A stretch of DNA of 63,676 bases, filler included, from Chiloscyllium plagiosum (Eukaryota), in the NCBI RefSeq assembly GCF_004010195.1. It is 4 parts of 2 records of this genome, joined end to end, with 100 filler letters (N's around TTAATTAATTAA, not from the genome) between each part and the next. Parts side by side here need not be neighbours in the genome. Positions count along the whole stretch, not along the records: positions 51,034 to 60,861 come from NC_057716.1; positions 60,962 to 63,676 come from NC_057717.1; 2 more parts are not named here. One strand, written 5' to 3'. Of this stretch, positions 52,073 to 63,676 are shown piece after piece. The translations under genes and the position numbers were made by a program. The notes under the pieces were generated by a model. It saw nothing but the letters and a program-made list of their open reading frames with translations, did no database searches and was not told where the DNA came from. Positions within the stretch are counted from its first letter, which is position 1; each line of letters starts with the position of its first letter.

Positions 52073-55000
52073 NNNNNNNNNNNNNNNNNNNNNNNNNNNN
52101 NNNNNNNNNNNNNNNNNNNNNNNNNNNNNNNNNNNNNNNNNNNNNNNNNNNNNNNNNNNNNNNNNNNNNNNNNNNNNNNNNNNNNNNNNNNNNNNNNNNN
52201 NNNNNNNNNNNNNNNNNNNNNNNNNNNNNNNNNNNNNNNNNNNNNNNNNNNNNNNNNNNNNNNNNNNNNNNNNNNNNNNNNNNNNNNNNNNNNNNNNNNN
52301 NNNNNNNNNNNNNNNNNNNNNNNNNNNNNNNNNNNNNNNNNNNNNNNNNNNNNNNNNNNNNNNNNNNNNNNNNNNNNNNNNNNNNNNNNNNNNNNNNNNN
52401 NNNNNNNNNNNNNNNNNNNNNNNNNNNNNNNNNNNNNNNNNNNNNNNNNNNNNNNNNNNNNNNNNNNNNNNNNNNNNNNNNNNNNNNNNNNNNNNNNNNN
52501 NNNNNNNNNNNNNNNNNNNNNNNNNNNNNNNNNNNNNNNNNNNNNNNNNNNNNNNNNNNNNNNNNNNNNNNNGGAGCGAGATTGATTGAAATTGTTGAAA
52601 ACGTAAGATAAACTGAGAAAATACGGGATATTAAACGGGAAACTGAAAGGGTAAGAGAGAACAGCGAATGACAACGTTTTAATAAAAATTGAAATGTAAT
52701 TGCTCAAGATTCAGAAAATGCTTTCATCTACAAACATACCTCAATGTGGAATGTAATGTTTGGGACAACCAGTGCAAGCAGATTGCAAAATCTTAGTTTT
52801 AAAGTCTTGCTGCAACTGTTTTTGTTTTAATGAACGCACACATGGGATTCAGTGTTGTAATGATCCGCTAAACTGGAGAAGGAAATCCTTGCCTTCGAGG
52901 ATACGTCTGGAATGTTCACTGATTTATCCCAGTAATGTTAGGACTGTAAGCATATGAGTAAAATTATTCAAAGTTCCATGGAGTTTCGAATGAGTGGTGA
53001 AGGGAATGTCTCCATTCACAAATTAATCATTCAGTAGAATTCAATACAGGGGCCCATGAAATTATGAACAAATTGAACAAGAACACGGACATACGTTGCA
53101 CAATAGCTACGATAATTACAATGTGAAAACTGTTGATTTCAGATCTACGGTGGCCTTTGGTGATGGCATTTACTGTCCAGAACCAATCTGCACTGGAATG
53201 ACTGGAGAAACACTGTGAAGTATTTGAACTTCAGTCTCCTTTAGAAATAGCTGAGACTCACACAGGGCACGGGGAGTTTGAGATGTTGGCCTTCCAAACC
53301 TTTTGAACATTTCGTGGAAGAATAAAGGGAGTCATAGATAATTTTCTTCTCCATGGAAACGATGTTCATGAACTGGATAGATAATAATTTACCTTATTTG
53401 AGTTTATGCATAGAGACGTCATATTTAAAAAGCAAAGAGTTCATAGTGTAACTGTAGTATCTGTAGGTCCCCCTCAGTGGGACCATTGTATGTAATCCTT
53501 GTCCTCATTCACCACCAAAAACATGTAAAGAGATTAGAAAGGGCACAGACGCTGTTTCCAGGATAGCAAGATATTAGAAAGTCAAGTGACGTTGTTTACT
53601 GAGACATAAAAATATCAGAAAGGATACAAACGGGATGATAGAAAGAATGAAGGAGTTTATTCACGAGATTTGGAAATGCTGGAGCGGGAACACGCAAGTT
53701 TGAAGTAAAGTAATGAGATTTTCACATAACGCGAGGTTTGAATACCTAAATGGGGAAATACCCTTTTCGAGTGAATCAATAACTTTAGTTAGAGCTTCAA
53801 AACCATCAGTGAATGATTAAGAAAAGTTTGGATGAGAGTTTCTTCCACTCAATAGAGTTAGTTAAATCGTGAACAACTTTCCAGAAATAAAGCGTAGAAG
53901 CTGATTTCACAGTGTTTTAAAAGATACACGAACAANNNNNNNNNNNNNNNNNNNNNNNNNNNNNNNNNNNNNNNNNNNNNNNNNNNNNNNNNNNNNNNNN
54001 NNNNNNNNNNNNNNNNNNNNNNNNNNNNNNNNNNNNNNNNNNNNNNNNNNNNNNNNNNNNNNNNNNNNNNNNNNNNNNNNNNNNNNNNNNNNNNNNNNNN
54101 NNNNNNNNNNNNNNNNNNNNNNNNNNNNNNNNNNNNNNNNNNNNNNNNNNNNNNNNNNNNNNNNNNNNNNNNNNNNNNNNNNNNNNNNNNNNNNNNNNNN
54201 NNNNNNNNNNNNNNNNNNNNNNNNNNNNNNNNNNNNNNNNNNNNNNNNNNNNNNNNNNNNNNNNNNNNNNNNNNNNNNNNNNNNNNNNNNNNNNNNNNNN
54301 NNNNNNNNNNNNNNNNNNNNNNNNNNNNNNNNNNNNNNNNNNNNNNNNNNNNNNNNNNNNNNNNNNNNNNNNNNNNNNNNNNNNNNNNNNNNNNNNNNNN
54401 NNNNNNNNNNNNNNNNNNNNNAAAGACATTTCATGAACACGTACAACTGATTAAGATTGAATATAAAAAGTTCATGGCTTGGTAAGGTGTGGCGTATTAT
54501 TCAAGGTGAAACTCTGCAAATGGAGCTGATGTCCTAAAATAACTACAGAGAGAAGTTCTATCCTAATGAGTAGGAATTGAATTGTCACTTGGAGACGCAA
54601 CACCTACTTTAAAGATTTGACCACATTCACATGATGTTATGTACATTTCGTACATTCATAACTCCACCCACGAAATGCACCAAGAGGACTCTGTCCTTTT
54701 GTGTCGTTAACCCTCTGTACTTTTCTGCAGCACGTCATTGAAGATAAAATATGCTCAGAACAAAATTCAATTCAATACAATATTCAAACGGTCCTATGTG
54801 ATTTTTTTTTTATTATTGCAATAACCTTTGTGAGTTTGTAACAAACTGTGTAACATGAAACCAGTTCAACATCTATTTTCCCGGAATTTGACGCAGTGCA
54901 CATGGGAAACGTTATCTACCTACTGAAAAATCACCTTTGGCTCTCTCTCCACACATGTCTCTACACGTTTTAGATACTTGCAGTTTGTTTGTTGATCAAG

Positions 55001-57344
55001 GATTCATTACCCAGAAAAGGTCGTTTCTCAATCCACAATCTCGGATATTTTCCCATAAACTTGGCTTTGCTCAATATCACCTTCGATCCGGACCCCTCAA
55101 CACGATGACAAATTGAAGCTGCTCCATGTGAGGCTCAAACTTAAAACTTCGGCACAGCACAGCCCACTATACTGGAACAGAGATATTGTGCACTGGTCAC
55201 CTGCAGCACAGGAGCAACACATTAATGCTTACCTCCACATTCCTGGTTGTACCTTAACGTTTGGGAAACCGAGTTTCTCTGATTCCATGGCTAATAACGG
55301 GGATTATACGATCATCTTCACCAGTGGTTCTGACCCCGTGTGAGGAAAATGGTGAGCTACTGATTGCAAAGATGGGTAGATGTTTGAAATATACAATTTC
55401 AACATTTTCCTTCACTAACCAATGAACATTTTATTTTGTTTTTCATCTGTAGAAACCTTAACATCTTCATCTTTAACAGACTCAATGACAGATCTCCATT
55501 GTGTCTCTGGCATCGAATTCCAAAGTGTAAACCCCCTCTGAATTCTTCCACCGCAGTCTGCTGTTTGGGAATTTTTTCTGTTGTGGGAAATGCACTTCCC
55601 GTGTGTCAACTGTTGCTCCCAGCATGCGCTCTGGCACTACACTCATTTTTCTTCTGACACTTGCTCACTCTGTTGCTGTGATCATACAGTGACTTTGTGT
55701 CGCACGGCCCAGGAAAATGATACAGATCAAGGTTTTTGCATTGTTGAATTCAATTGTCAGTTTGGCCTTATTTAGGATTTTGAAATTGTCTGTCCTGTAC
55801 ACAAGTGTGTGTCAAAAATATCTGAGTGGAAGAAAGGTGTTCCGAATAATGACATTGAGCACTATGCACTCTCGTCCAGTCTGGAAAACAATTCCTCACA
55901 GGCAATTTAACAGATAATAGGTGCAGGAGTAGGCCATTCTGCCCTTCGAGCCAGCACTACCATTCATTATGATCATGGCTGATCATTCTCATTCAGTATC
56001 CTGTTCTTGCCTTATCCCCATAACCCTGGAGTCCACTATCCTTATGAGCTCTATCCAACTCTTTCTTGAAAGAACACCTCCTGCTTTCTCGGGTTCTTCA
56101 TTCCGTTGACTTCAAATCTTCACAGAATTCAACAGAACTTGTCACATAGTCTTTTCTTAATTTTTGTTCAAATCACTGTGAGCAGAGTGGGAATGCGTTT
56201 GCCCCACTATTATAAAATCTCAAAGAATACTTTGAGCCAGTTGCCTAAACTGCATTGAAATGTAGATCGCATTGGGATGATGAAAAGGAACGCGATTTTA
56301 TTTTTCAAGTCAAGCTGCTGTGACTTCTTATTGTATGAAAGAGATCCAGGAACACCAAATAACTAGAAATGTGAAGTGTATGTTTATGCAGTGGGATTCT
56401 TAATGACTGTTTTGTCAGATGAAATCTGGAGCAGGTTGAGTAGAAGTGATTCATCTTGGTGAGAAGAGCACAGAGAGACAGCACAAAACAATGGAGATAT
56501 TTCAAAAGGGACAGGACATGGGTGTAGGAGCACCGAGAACTAGCTGTAAATGCACAGTGGCGAATTGCCGATGTTGGTGCCGTGCATGGGCACGGAGAGA
56601 CTTACGCATTGGTCTCTCCCTCGCCCGTTGCTCTCGCCATTGATGAATGCTGGACATAAGGCACAGATAAACACAAGATGTGGGAAGCAAGCTCCAAAAC
56701 GTTATGCACACACTGGATGCATCACATTGCACTATGAACAACTGGAGAAGTCAGCATGTTAACTGTAGGGACTGAACCTAAACTGTGGATCAATAACCGC
56801 AGATTCATGCAGCATAAGCATGAAAAATGATTTAATGTGTCTTTATACGCATGTCATTAACAGACGTTTCGTTCTAATACCCGTGTAGTTGAAAGAAGAG
56901 GACACCACATGTCAAGCTGGATGGCAACGGAACCAACTTTGCTTTGAAATTGAGATCTATTTGATCATTTTACACAGTGAACAAGATCATTTTAAATAAT
57001 GCAAACCAAATTCCCTCACCTGGAATAAAAGTGCGATTTAATTATAAACATTGTCCTTGCTAAGTAGCAGTTATTCAACATGAAAAATAGGATGAAATTT
57101 TTATTGAGCATACATCAATTAGGACCATTCTTTCATTTTGGATTGACTGAAACATGCACATGCTAAACAATGTTTAAGAAAGAATGTCTTTTGGAAATAA
57201 TGATTCGGTGGTGACTAAAAATAATATAAAATTCACATGATGCGGATAATCCACCAATGGCTCCAGTGGTGGAAATGGTCAGTGGGCAGTATTTCTATGA
57301 TGATATAGAGGTGTGTAAGCTGCCAGGGATGGGAGCTCCCACCT

Positions 57345-60300
57345 CATCTAGAGCAGCGTGTGTTGACACGGACAAATAGGTGACTCGGTGTAATACTCTA
57401 GCCAATAGGAGTTAATGAGGGTTGTTGCCAATAGGCCAACATGTGACCATGAGCTGTGAGGTGCAGTGTCACTGGGCGGAGGGTGGGAAGAGACCCAGTG
57501 AGCGTGAAGGGAGTGGGAGAGAAATGGAGTCAGTGTGCACTGGGAGGGTTTATAAACACACAATGTGGGCTGCTAGACCTGAATTAGAAACTCTCAGTAA
57601 ATGAAAATCAAAAGAACTGCAGATGCTTAAATCAGAAACAACAACCAGAAGATACTGGAAAAGCTCAGCAGGTCTGGTACAATCTGTGAAGAGAAATCAG
57701 AGTTCACATTTCTGATCCAATGACCCTACCTCAGAACTGATGTGACTGAGAAACAATGTCAGTTTATGTGCAGAAGGTAGCGGTTAAGGAGTAAATGATA
57801 GGTGGGGATAGATTCCAAAGAGAGATATAGGAGCAATTGGACAAAGGAATGGAGAACGATTTGGCTGGCGGAGGGTGATTTGATGTTAATGGGGACTGTT
57901 AGTGGCTAACCGTAGGTAGTGTGTAATGGCAGGCTATTCAATAACAAGGCCTGGAGTGTGGGCTGGGGGACTAGGGCGAGAGGACGTCGGAGACTTAGGA
58001 CCTAAAATGAATGAATTCAGTTTTAAGGCCAGAGGGCTGAAGGGTCCCCGAGTACAAAATGAGGTGTTGTTCTTCCAGCTTACGTTCAAGTTTGGCGCAG
58101 GAGAAGCACAGCAGGTCCGACAGTATCCAAGGAGCAGGAGAATTGACATATTGGGCCTAAGCCTTTCAGCAGGAATGTGAGGGTGGGGAAGAGGGCTGAC
58201 AGATAATAGGATGGGTGTGTGGGGATGGCGGGAAGGTAGTTGGGAAGGCGATAGGAAGATGCTGGTGGAAGGTAATGGTGAGAAGGTGGAGTGGATAATT
58301 GGGAAGGAAGATGGACAGGTAGGACTGTCCAAGAGGGTGGTGCTGAGTTGGAGGGCTGGATCTGGAATAAGGTGGGGTGAGGGGAAATGATGAAACGTTG
58401 ATTCTGTGGTTGAAGGGTCCCAAGATAGAAGATGAGATATTCTTCCTCCAGGAGTGATGTAGTTAGGATTTTGTGGTGGATGTGGCCCAATGTACAGTAA
58501 AATATCTGCTGGATGTGGGCGGAACCTCTGGTGCCTTGGATGGAGGTGAGGGGAAGGTGTGCGCCCAGGTTTTGCACCTCTTGCAATGGCAGGCAAAGAT
58601 GTTGGGAGTGGAGGATGGGTTGGTGGGGAGCATGGATCTAATGCGGAAGTCACAGGGAATGGTCTCTGAGGAATACTGAAAGGGGTGTGGAGGGAAAGGT
58701 ATCTCTGCTGGTGGGGTCTGATTGTAGGTGGTGGAAATGACAGAGGATGATGTGTTGTATCTGGCTGAAAAGTGAGGACTTGGGGGTTCTATCCTTGCTG
58801 CGGTTGGAGTGGTGCGGTTCAATAGCAGAGGTGCGGGAAGTGGTGGAGATACACTGAAGGGTATTGTTGATCACATGGGTGGGGAAATTGCAGTCCTTGA
58901 AATACAGGGCCATTTTGGTATGTTCTTGGAGTATTCTGCATCAAGCTTCCCTGGAACACTGTCGTCAGAATAAGACAGATGTTGGCCAGGGAACAGGCTC
59001 ATGTGTTAAAGTGGCAGGCAACTGGACTCGGGGTCTTTTTTGGTCTGAGAGGGATCGCAGGTTTGTCCAAATTACACTTCGTCTCTTTGTAGGGACTGTC
59101 AGATTTAGTCCCAATCGCCCACTTCATGATGCTAACCTGTAAACTTCTTATCTTCAATTCCCTGCTACACCTTATGAACACAAATTCCAGTACCTTTTTA
59201 GGTGGAATGTTCCAGATTCTAACAACTGTCTGTTCATCCAGAAACTGCTGAGGTCCATGTTGACTCTGCGGTTATAAAGGATTGAATTGAATGATGAGAT
59301 GCTTTTCCTGAGCTCCCATTGAGATGCATTGGAACAGTACAGGAGGCTGAGGGCAGTGTAGGTGTGAGCAGGCAATGAAAATGACAGGGCTGCACTGTGA
59401 GTGCTGCTTGGTTCAATGAGTATTTTCGAGTTGAGTGTAAACAGAGCGTGGTGGGACAGGGAGAATGTGAAACTGAAACTCATTTTTCTTTCAGCCCATT
59501 CAGAAATTCACATGGTCCCAAACGGAACAGCCAGTTTGTAAGCGATACCTGTGGAGATTTTGTAACAGTTTTAAAGGTATAAAATATCAGCTTAAGTAAA
59601 GAACACAGGATTTTGATTATAATGGATATGTTTGAAGGGTAGGAAGATTGCACGCTCAGTTAAATTCTCTTAATAGGAGTAACTACCTGAATCTAGAGAG
59701 CCTGTGTGACAGATCCGCGGTGTGCTCCTCTTGTACAATGTGGGAAAATTAGGGATGTTTCCAGTGTCCCTAACGGCTGTGTGTGCAGGAAATGTTCCCA
59801 TCTGCAGCTACTGGGATACTGCTTTTCAGAGCTGGAGCTGTGAGTGGACTCACTGTGGAGCATCTGCAACACTGAGATTGTTATGGACAGCACGTTCAGT
59901 GAGTTAGTCACACCGCAGGTGAGGGTTACACAGGCAGAAAGGGAATGGGTGTGCATCAGATCAAGAAAAAGGCTCAGAAAGGGAGTGCAGGAGTTCCCAG
60001 TGGTTATTCCCTTCCCAAACAGATAGTGTATACTGCTTGGGAATCGTGTGTGTGTGTGGGTGTGTGTGTCGGTCTCAGGGAAAATCGGCAACAGCCAGTT
60101 TCATGACACCATACATAGCTCTGCTGCCCAGAACGGGAAGAAAGAGAGTGGCAGGGGATTCAATAGTCAGGATTACAGACAGGCACTTCTCTGGCCAGAG
60201 CCATGAATCCAAGCTGGTATGTTCTCTCCCTGGTGCCAGGATCCGCGATATCATGGTGCAGCTACAGGACATTTTGGAGTTGGAGGGTAAACAGCCCGTG

Positions 60301-60861
60301 GTTGTGGAACACACAGATACCAACTACATCGCTAAACAGAGGGATGAGGGCCTGAAAGTTGGATATTGGGAGAGCAGGGACTCATTAAAATGCAGCTCCT
60401 GAAATACAATGTCAGACTTACTCCCAGTGCTGTGTGCTAGTGAGAGCAGGAATAAGAGGGTAGATCGGCTGGTTGTGTGGCTGGAGTAATGGTGTACCAG
60501 AGAAGGGTTTAGATTCTTCAGGCAGTGGGACTGTTTTTGGGTTAGTTGGGACCTGTACCAGCCTGACTGGTTACCCCTGGGCAGACCTAGGTCAACTCTC
60601 CTCGTGTGGGATATTGCCAGTTCTCGTGTTGTGGTTCTAACTAGTCTGGCAGGGGGATGGGAAATAAATTGTCGGTTTAGATGGGTCACATTCAGGACAG
60701 GGAATGGGAGGTAGAATATGAGTTATGTAGTCAGCGGCTCAGAAAGCCAAAGGAAAGGAGGATTAAATGAGGATTGAGTCCCTCTTCATCCATCAGTCCT
60801 GCCATCCCAGGAATCAGAGACAGCATAGTACGGAGCTGTACAGCTCTCTGTCTCCATGTGC
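57345..60861 (+). repeat. Direct paralog of ~5250-10170 (promoter relic, PLE remnants, CR1 ORF1)
   Basis: Collinear; lacks ~7060-8100 and the 8443-8646 insertion. Confidence 0.9.
57600..59040 (-). mobile_element. Penelope-like element remnants
   Basis: MALYFKDCNFPTHVINNTLQCIS..SRTSAIEP..RSKDRTP; CHCKRCKT; LTSIQG; PSPVACHFN; hammerhead-family terminus at ~58090-58180. Confidence 0.8.
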
Positions 60862-61153
60862 NNNNNNNNNNNNNNNNNNNNNNNNNNNNNNNNNNNNNNN
60901 NNNNNTTAATTAATTAANNNNNNNNNNNNNNNNNNNNNNNNNNNNNNNNNNNNNNNNNNNNGCTAGGCGAGATCAACATGAACAAAATCACCATTATCTG
61001 AGATTAGAGAGTCCATTCATCAGTCTAATAACAGCTAGGAAGAAGCTGTTCCTGAACTTGTTGCCCTGTGTTTTCAAGCTTCTGTATCTTTTCGCCTGAT
61101 GGAAGAGGTTGTGGGAGATCTTTATAGGCATGTGATGGGTCTTTGGTGATGTT

Positions 61154-61838
61154 AGAACTAAGAACATTCCAGTACAGGAACAGGTCATTCGGTGGTCCAA
61201 GCCTGCACCGATCCAGATTCTCTCACTAATTCCGTCGCCTATTTTCTAAGTGTCTGTATCCCTTTTCTCCCTGTCCATTCATGTATCTTTCCAGAAACAT
61301 CTTAAATGGAACACCACTGGTCACAGTTCTCCATTTTGAGAAACTCCCTTCCCCTATTACTCTCTGTCCCTTGTTGCCCAGCCAGTTCTTTATCCACATA
61401 GCGAGCACACCCTGGACACGACGTGACTTCATTTTCCCCATAACCCGACCATGGGAAAACTTATGAAATGCCTTCCTGAAGTCCATGTACATGACATCTA
61501 CAGCCCCTCCCTCATCAATTAACTTTGTCACTTCCTCAAAGAATTCTATTAAGTTGGTAAGACTTGACCTTCCCAGCACAAAACATGTTGACTATCACTG
61601 ATAAGACTGTTTTCATCCAAATGAGAATAGATCCAATCCCTTTGTAGCTTCCCTACCCCTGACATCAGTCTCACCGTTCTCTAATTAGCTGGATTATTGA
61701 TGCTACCCTTCTTATACAAGGGAATTAGCAATTTTCCAGTCCTCTGGGACCTCTGTTGTGTTCAGGGATGCTTTTCACATATCTGTTAAGGCCGCAATTA
61801 TTTCCTCTCTCCCTTCACTCAGTAATCTGGGATAAAAT
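61154..61838 (-). mobile_element. Internally deleted CR1 inserted in the Rex/Babar element
   Basis: LTNLIEFFEEVTKLIDEG.AVDV.YMDFRKAF; host sequence ggtgatgtt|ggcagccttc rejoins across it. Confidence 0.8.
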
Positions 61839-62379
61839 TTGGCAGCCTTCTTGCGGCAACGAGCCGTGTAAATAGAGTCAATGGTCGGGTGATTGGAGTC
61901 CGTCATCGTCTGGGCTGTGAGCACAATCTTCTGTAGTTTCTGATTGTCCTGGGAAGAGTGTTGCCATACTAGGCCATTACACACCCGGACAGTCCGCTCA
62001 CAATAGTGCATCTGTCGAAGTCGTGCATGCTAAATATCCTGAGTCACGTGAGAAAGCAGAGGCGTTGTTGTACCTTCCCGACCGTCAGACCTATGTGAGG
62101 AGTTCAGGGTAGGTTGTCAGTTATCGTCACTCCAAAGGAGTTGATGCCTTGCACTCCCTCAAACGTTAGTGTAGGTGAATGCATGATCCCCTCCTTTTTT
62201 CAACTGTCAATGATCAGTTCCTTACTATTGTCGAATTTGAGAGCGAGGGTTATCATTACACCATGTCACCAAGCCCAAGATCTGCTTTCTCTATTCTGAC
62301 TCATCGCTGTTTGATATCCCTCCTGATTTGGTGATGTCATCAGCGAATTTGCAGCTGGGGTTGTTTGGAATTTAACAAC

Positions 62380-62755
62380 ACAGCCGTGGGTATACAGGGA
62401 GTACAATGGGGGCTGAGGGACACAGCCATGTGTGTAAATGGAGTACAATGGGGGCTGAAGACACAGCTGTGGGTGTACAGGGAGTACAGTAGGGGCTGAG
62501 GACACAACTGTGGGTGTACAAGGAGTACAGTGGGGGCTGATGACACAACTGTGGGCATAGAGTGAGTACCGTAGGGGGCTGAGGGCACCGCTGTGGGTGT
62601 ACAGCGAGTACAGTAGGGGGCTGAGAGCACAGACATGTGTGTACAGGGAGTACAGTGGAGGGCAGAGGAAACAACCGTGTGTGTACAGGGAGTACAGTAA
62701 GGGTTAAGGGCACAGCCGTGGGTGTACAGGGATTATTATCGGGTGTTGAGGACAC
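62380..62755. repeat. 41-42-bp minisatellite (8-9 units) derived from RT motif GCVLSPLLYSLYTH
   Basis: gagtac recurs at 62399, 62441, 62482, 62523, 62564, 62606, 62648, 62690. Confidence 0.9.
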
Positions 62756-63676
62756 ATCCTTCAGGAGCTCCAGTGTTGAGTGTTATTGTGGAGGAGGTGT
62801 TTTTACTTATCTTCATTGATTGTGGTCTGTCAGTTAGGAACCTGAGGATCCAGTAGCAGAGGGACGAACCGAGACCAAGGTAGTGGAGTTTTGTGATTAG
62901 TCAGTAAGGGATAATGATTTTGAAGGTGGAGCTTTAGTCAATGAGCAGGAATATGGTGTAGGTGTCCTTGTTGTCGAAATGTTCCAGAGATGCGTGCAGG
63001 GCTCGGTAATGGCATCCCTTGTGAACCCGTTACATCAGGAGGCAAATTATAGGGCAGCAGGTCAGGCTGGGAGACTGGAGGTGATAACCAGCCTTTCGAA
63101 TGACTTCATGATTATTGAGGTCAGAGCCAATAGGCGATAGTCTTTAAGGGCACGTTGCATGTGCTTTCTCACTTACGAGGATGATGATGGCCTTCTTCAA
63201 TCAGGTTGGGACATCGGTTTCATTAGGCAGAGACAGAAGTTGTATGTGAATACCTCTGACAGTTGGTCCACACAGGATGTGAGTGCTCAGCCGGGGACAC
63301 TGTCCAGGCCCATCACTTTCTTTGATTTGACTCACTGGAAGACTGACCATGCCTGCAGCGGTGATAGCGGGCACAGTTACATTCTCGGGCTTTTGGGGGC
63401 GGTGTCAGCTCCCAGTTAGTGACAGTCACACAGTCATTTATTATCGACATCCCCTCCCATCACCTCCCTCCGTCGTCATCAACACACAATGACATTGGTT
63501 AGTGTGAGCACCACACAGTCAGCGTTGAGACAGAATGTCATTAATAGACTGGGATTATGCTCCAAGTTCTGTGTCACCATAATGGGGTAAATTCATAACA
63601 AAATGATGGGCAGGGTGCCAGTGTCAGTGGTGCAAGGAGTGAAGACTCTGCAGATGTAATTCCAGTCAAGCCACTG

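Larger units (their letters stand above)
60962..63400 (-). mobile_element. Rex1/Babar-type LINE ORF2 relic, interrupted by a CR1 insert and an internal minisatellite
   Basis: RYRSLKTQGNKFRNSFFLAVIRLMN, KLQKIVLTAQ..IDSIYTARCRKKAA, (G)CVLSPLLYSLYTH. Confidence 0.8.

Noticed and set aside
53140..53190. FGDG motif suggesting an Ig/TCR J segment; CACAGTG/CACTGTG at ~53908 and ~56174; GGTTTTTGC at ~55731
   Set aside because: I found no heptamer-nonamer pair at 12/23 spacing, no TxLTV continuation in frame, and no V or C domains.
57934..58653. 239-aa Pro/Ser-rich minus ORF
   Set aside because: It is an off-frame reading of C-rich PLE remnant and UTR sequence.

Overview
Eukaryotic, repeat-dense draft-assembly window from a cartilaginous fish. 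The assignment is inferred from HE1-type tRNA SINEs and shark-type CR1 LINEs; a bamboo-shark-like species is plausible but not provable here. I can support no intact protein-coding gene, and the long ORF-track entries are N-gap artefacts or decayed retroelement frames. The window looks like a decaying C2H2 zinc-finger cluster: two tandemly duplicated ZNF pseudogenes, several truncated ZNF remnants with fossil CCAAT/ZNF143/YY1-type promoters, and a segment present in three copies. It is embedded in nested CR1 LINE fragments, HE1 SINEs, a Rex/Babar LINE, Penelope-like element (PLE) remnants and three tandem arrays (47, 39 and 41-42 bp). The most interesting signal is a set of ~130-200 bp insertions that match PLE termini and carry minimal hammerhead-ribozyme cores (CUGANGA-stem II-GAAA-palindromic stem III), three of them flanked by 12-15 bp target-site duplications. 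One is an 83-bp-arm palindrome whose empty target site is visible in a paralogous segment of the same window. Other notable items are a minisatellite built from the RT motif GCVLSPLLYSLYTH, an unidentified four-exon gene relic, and artificial N44-TTAATTAATTAA-N44 scaffold linkers. Boundaries of degenerate repeats are approximate (tens of bp).
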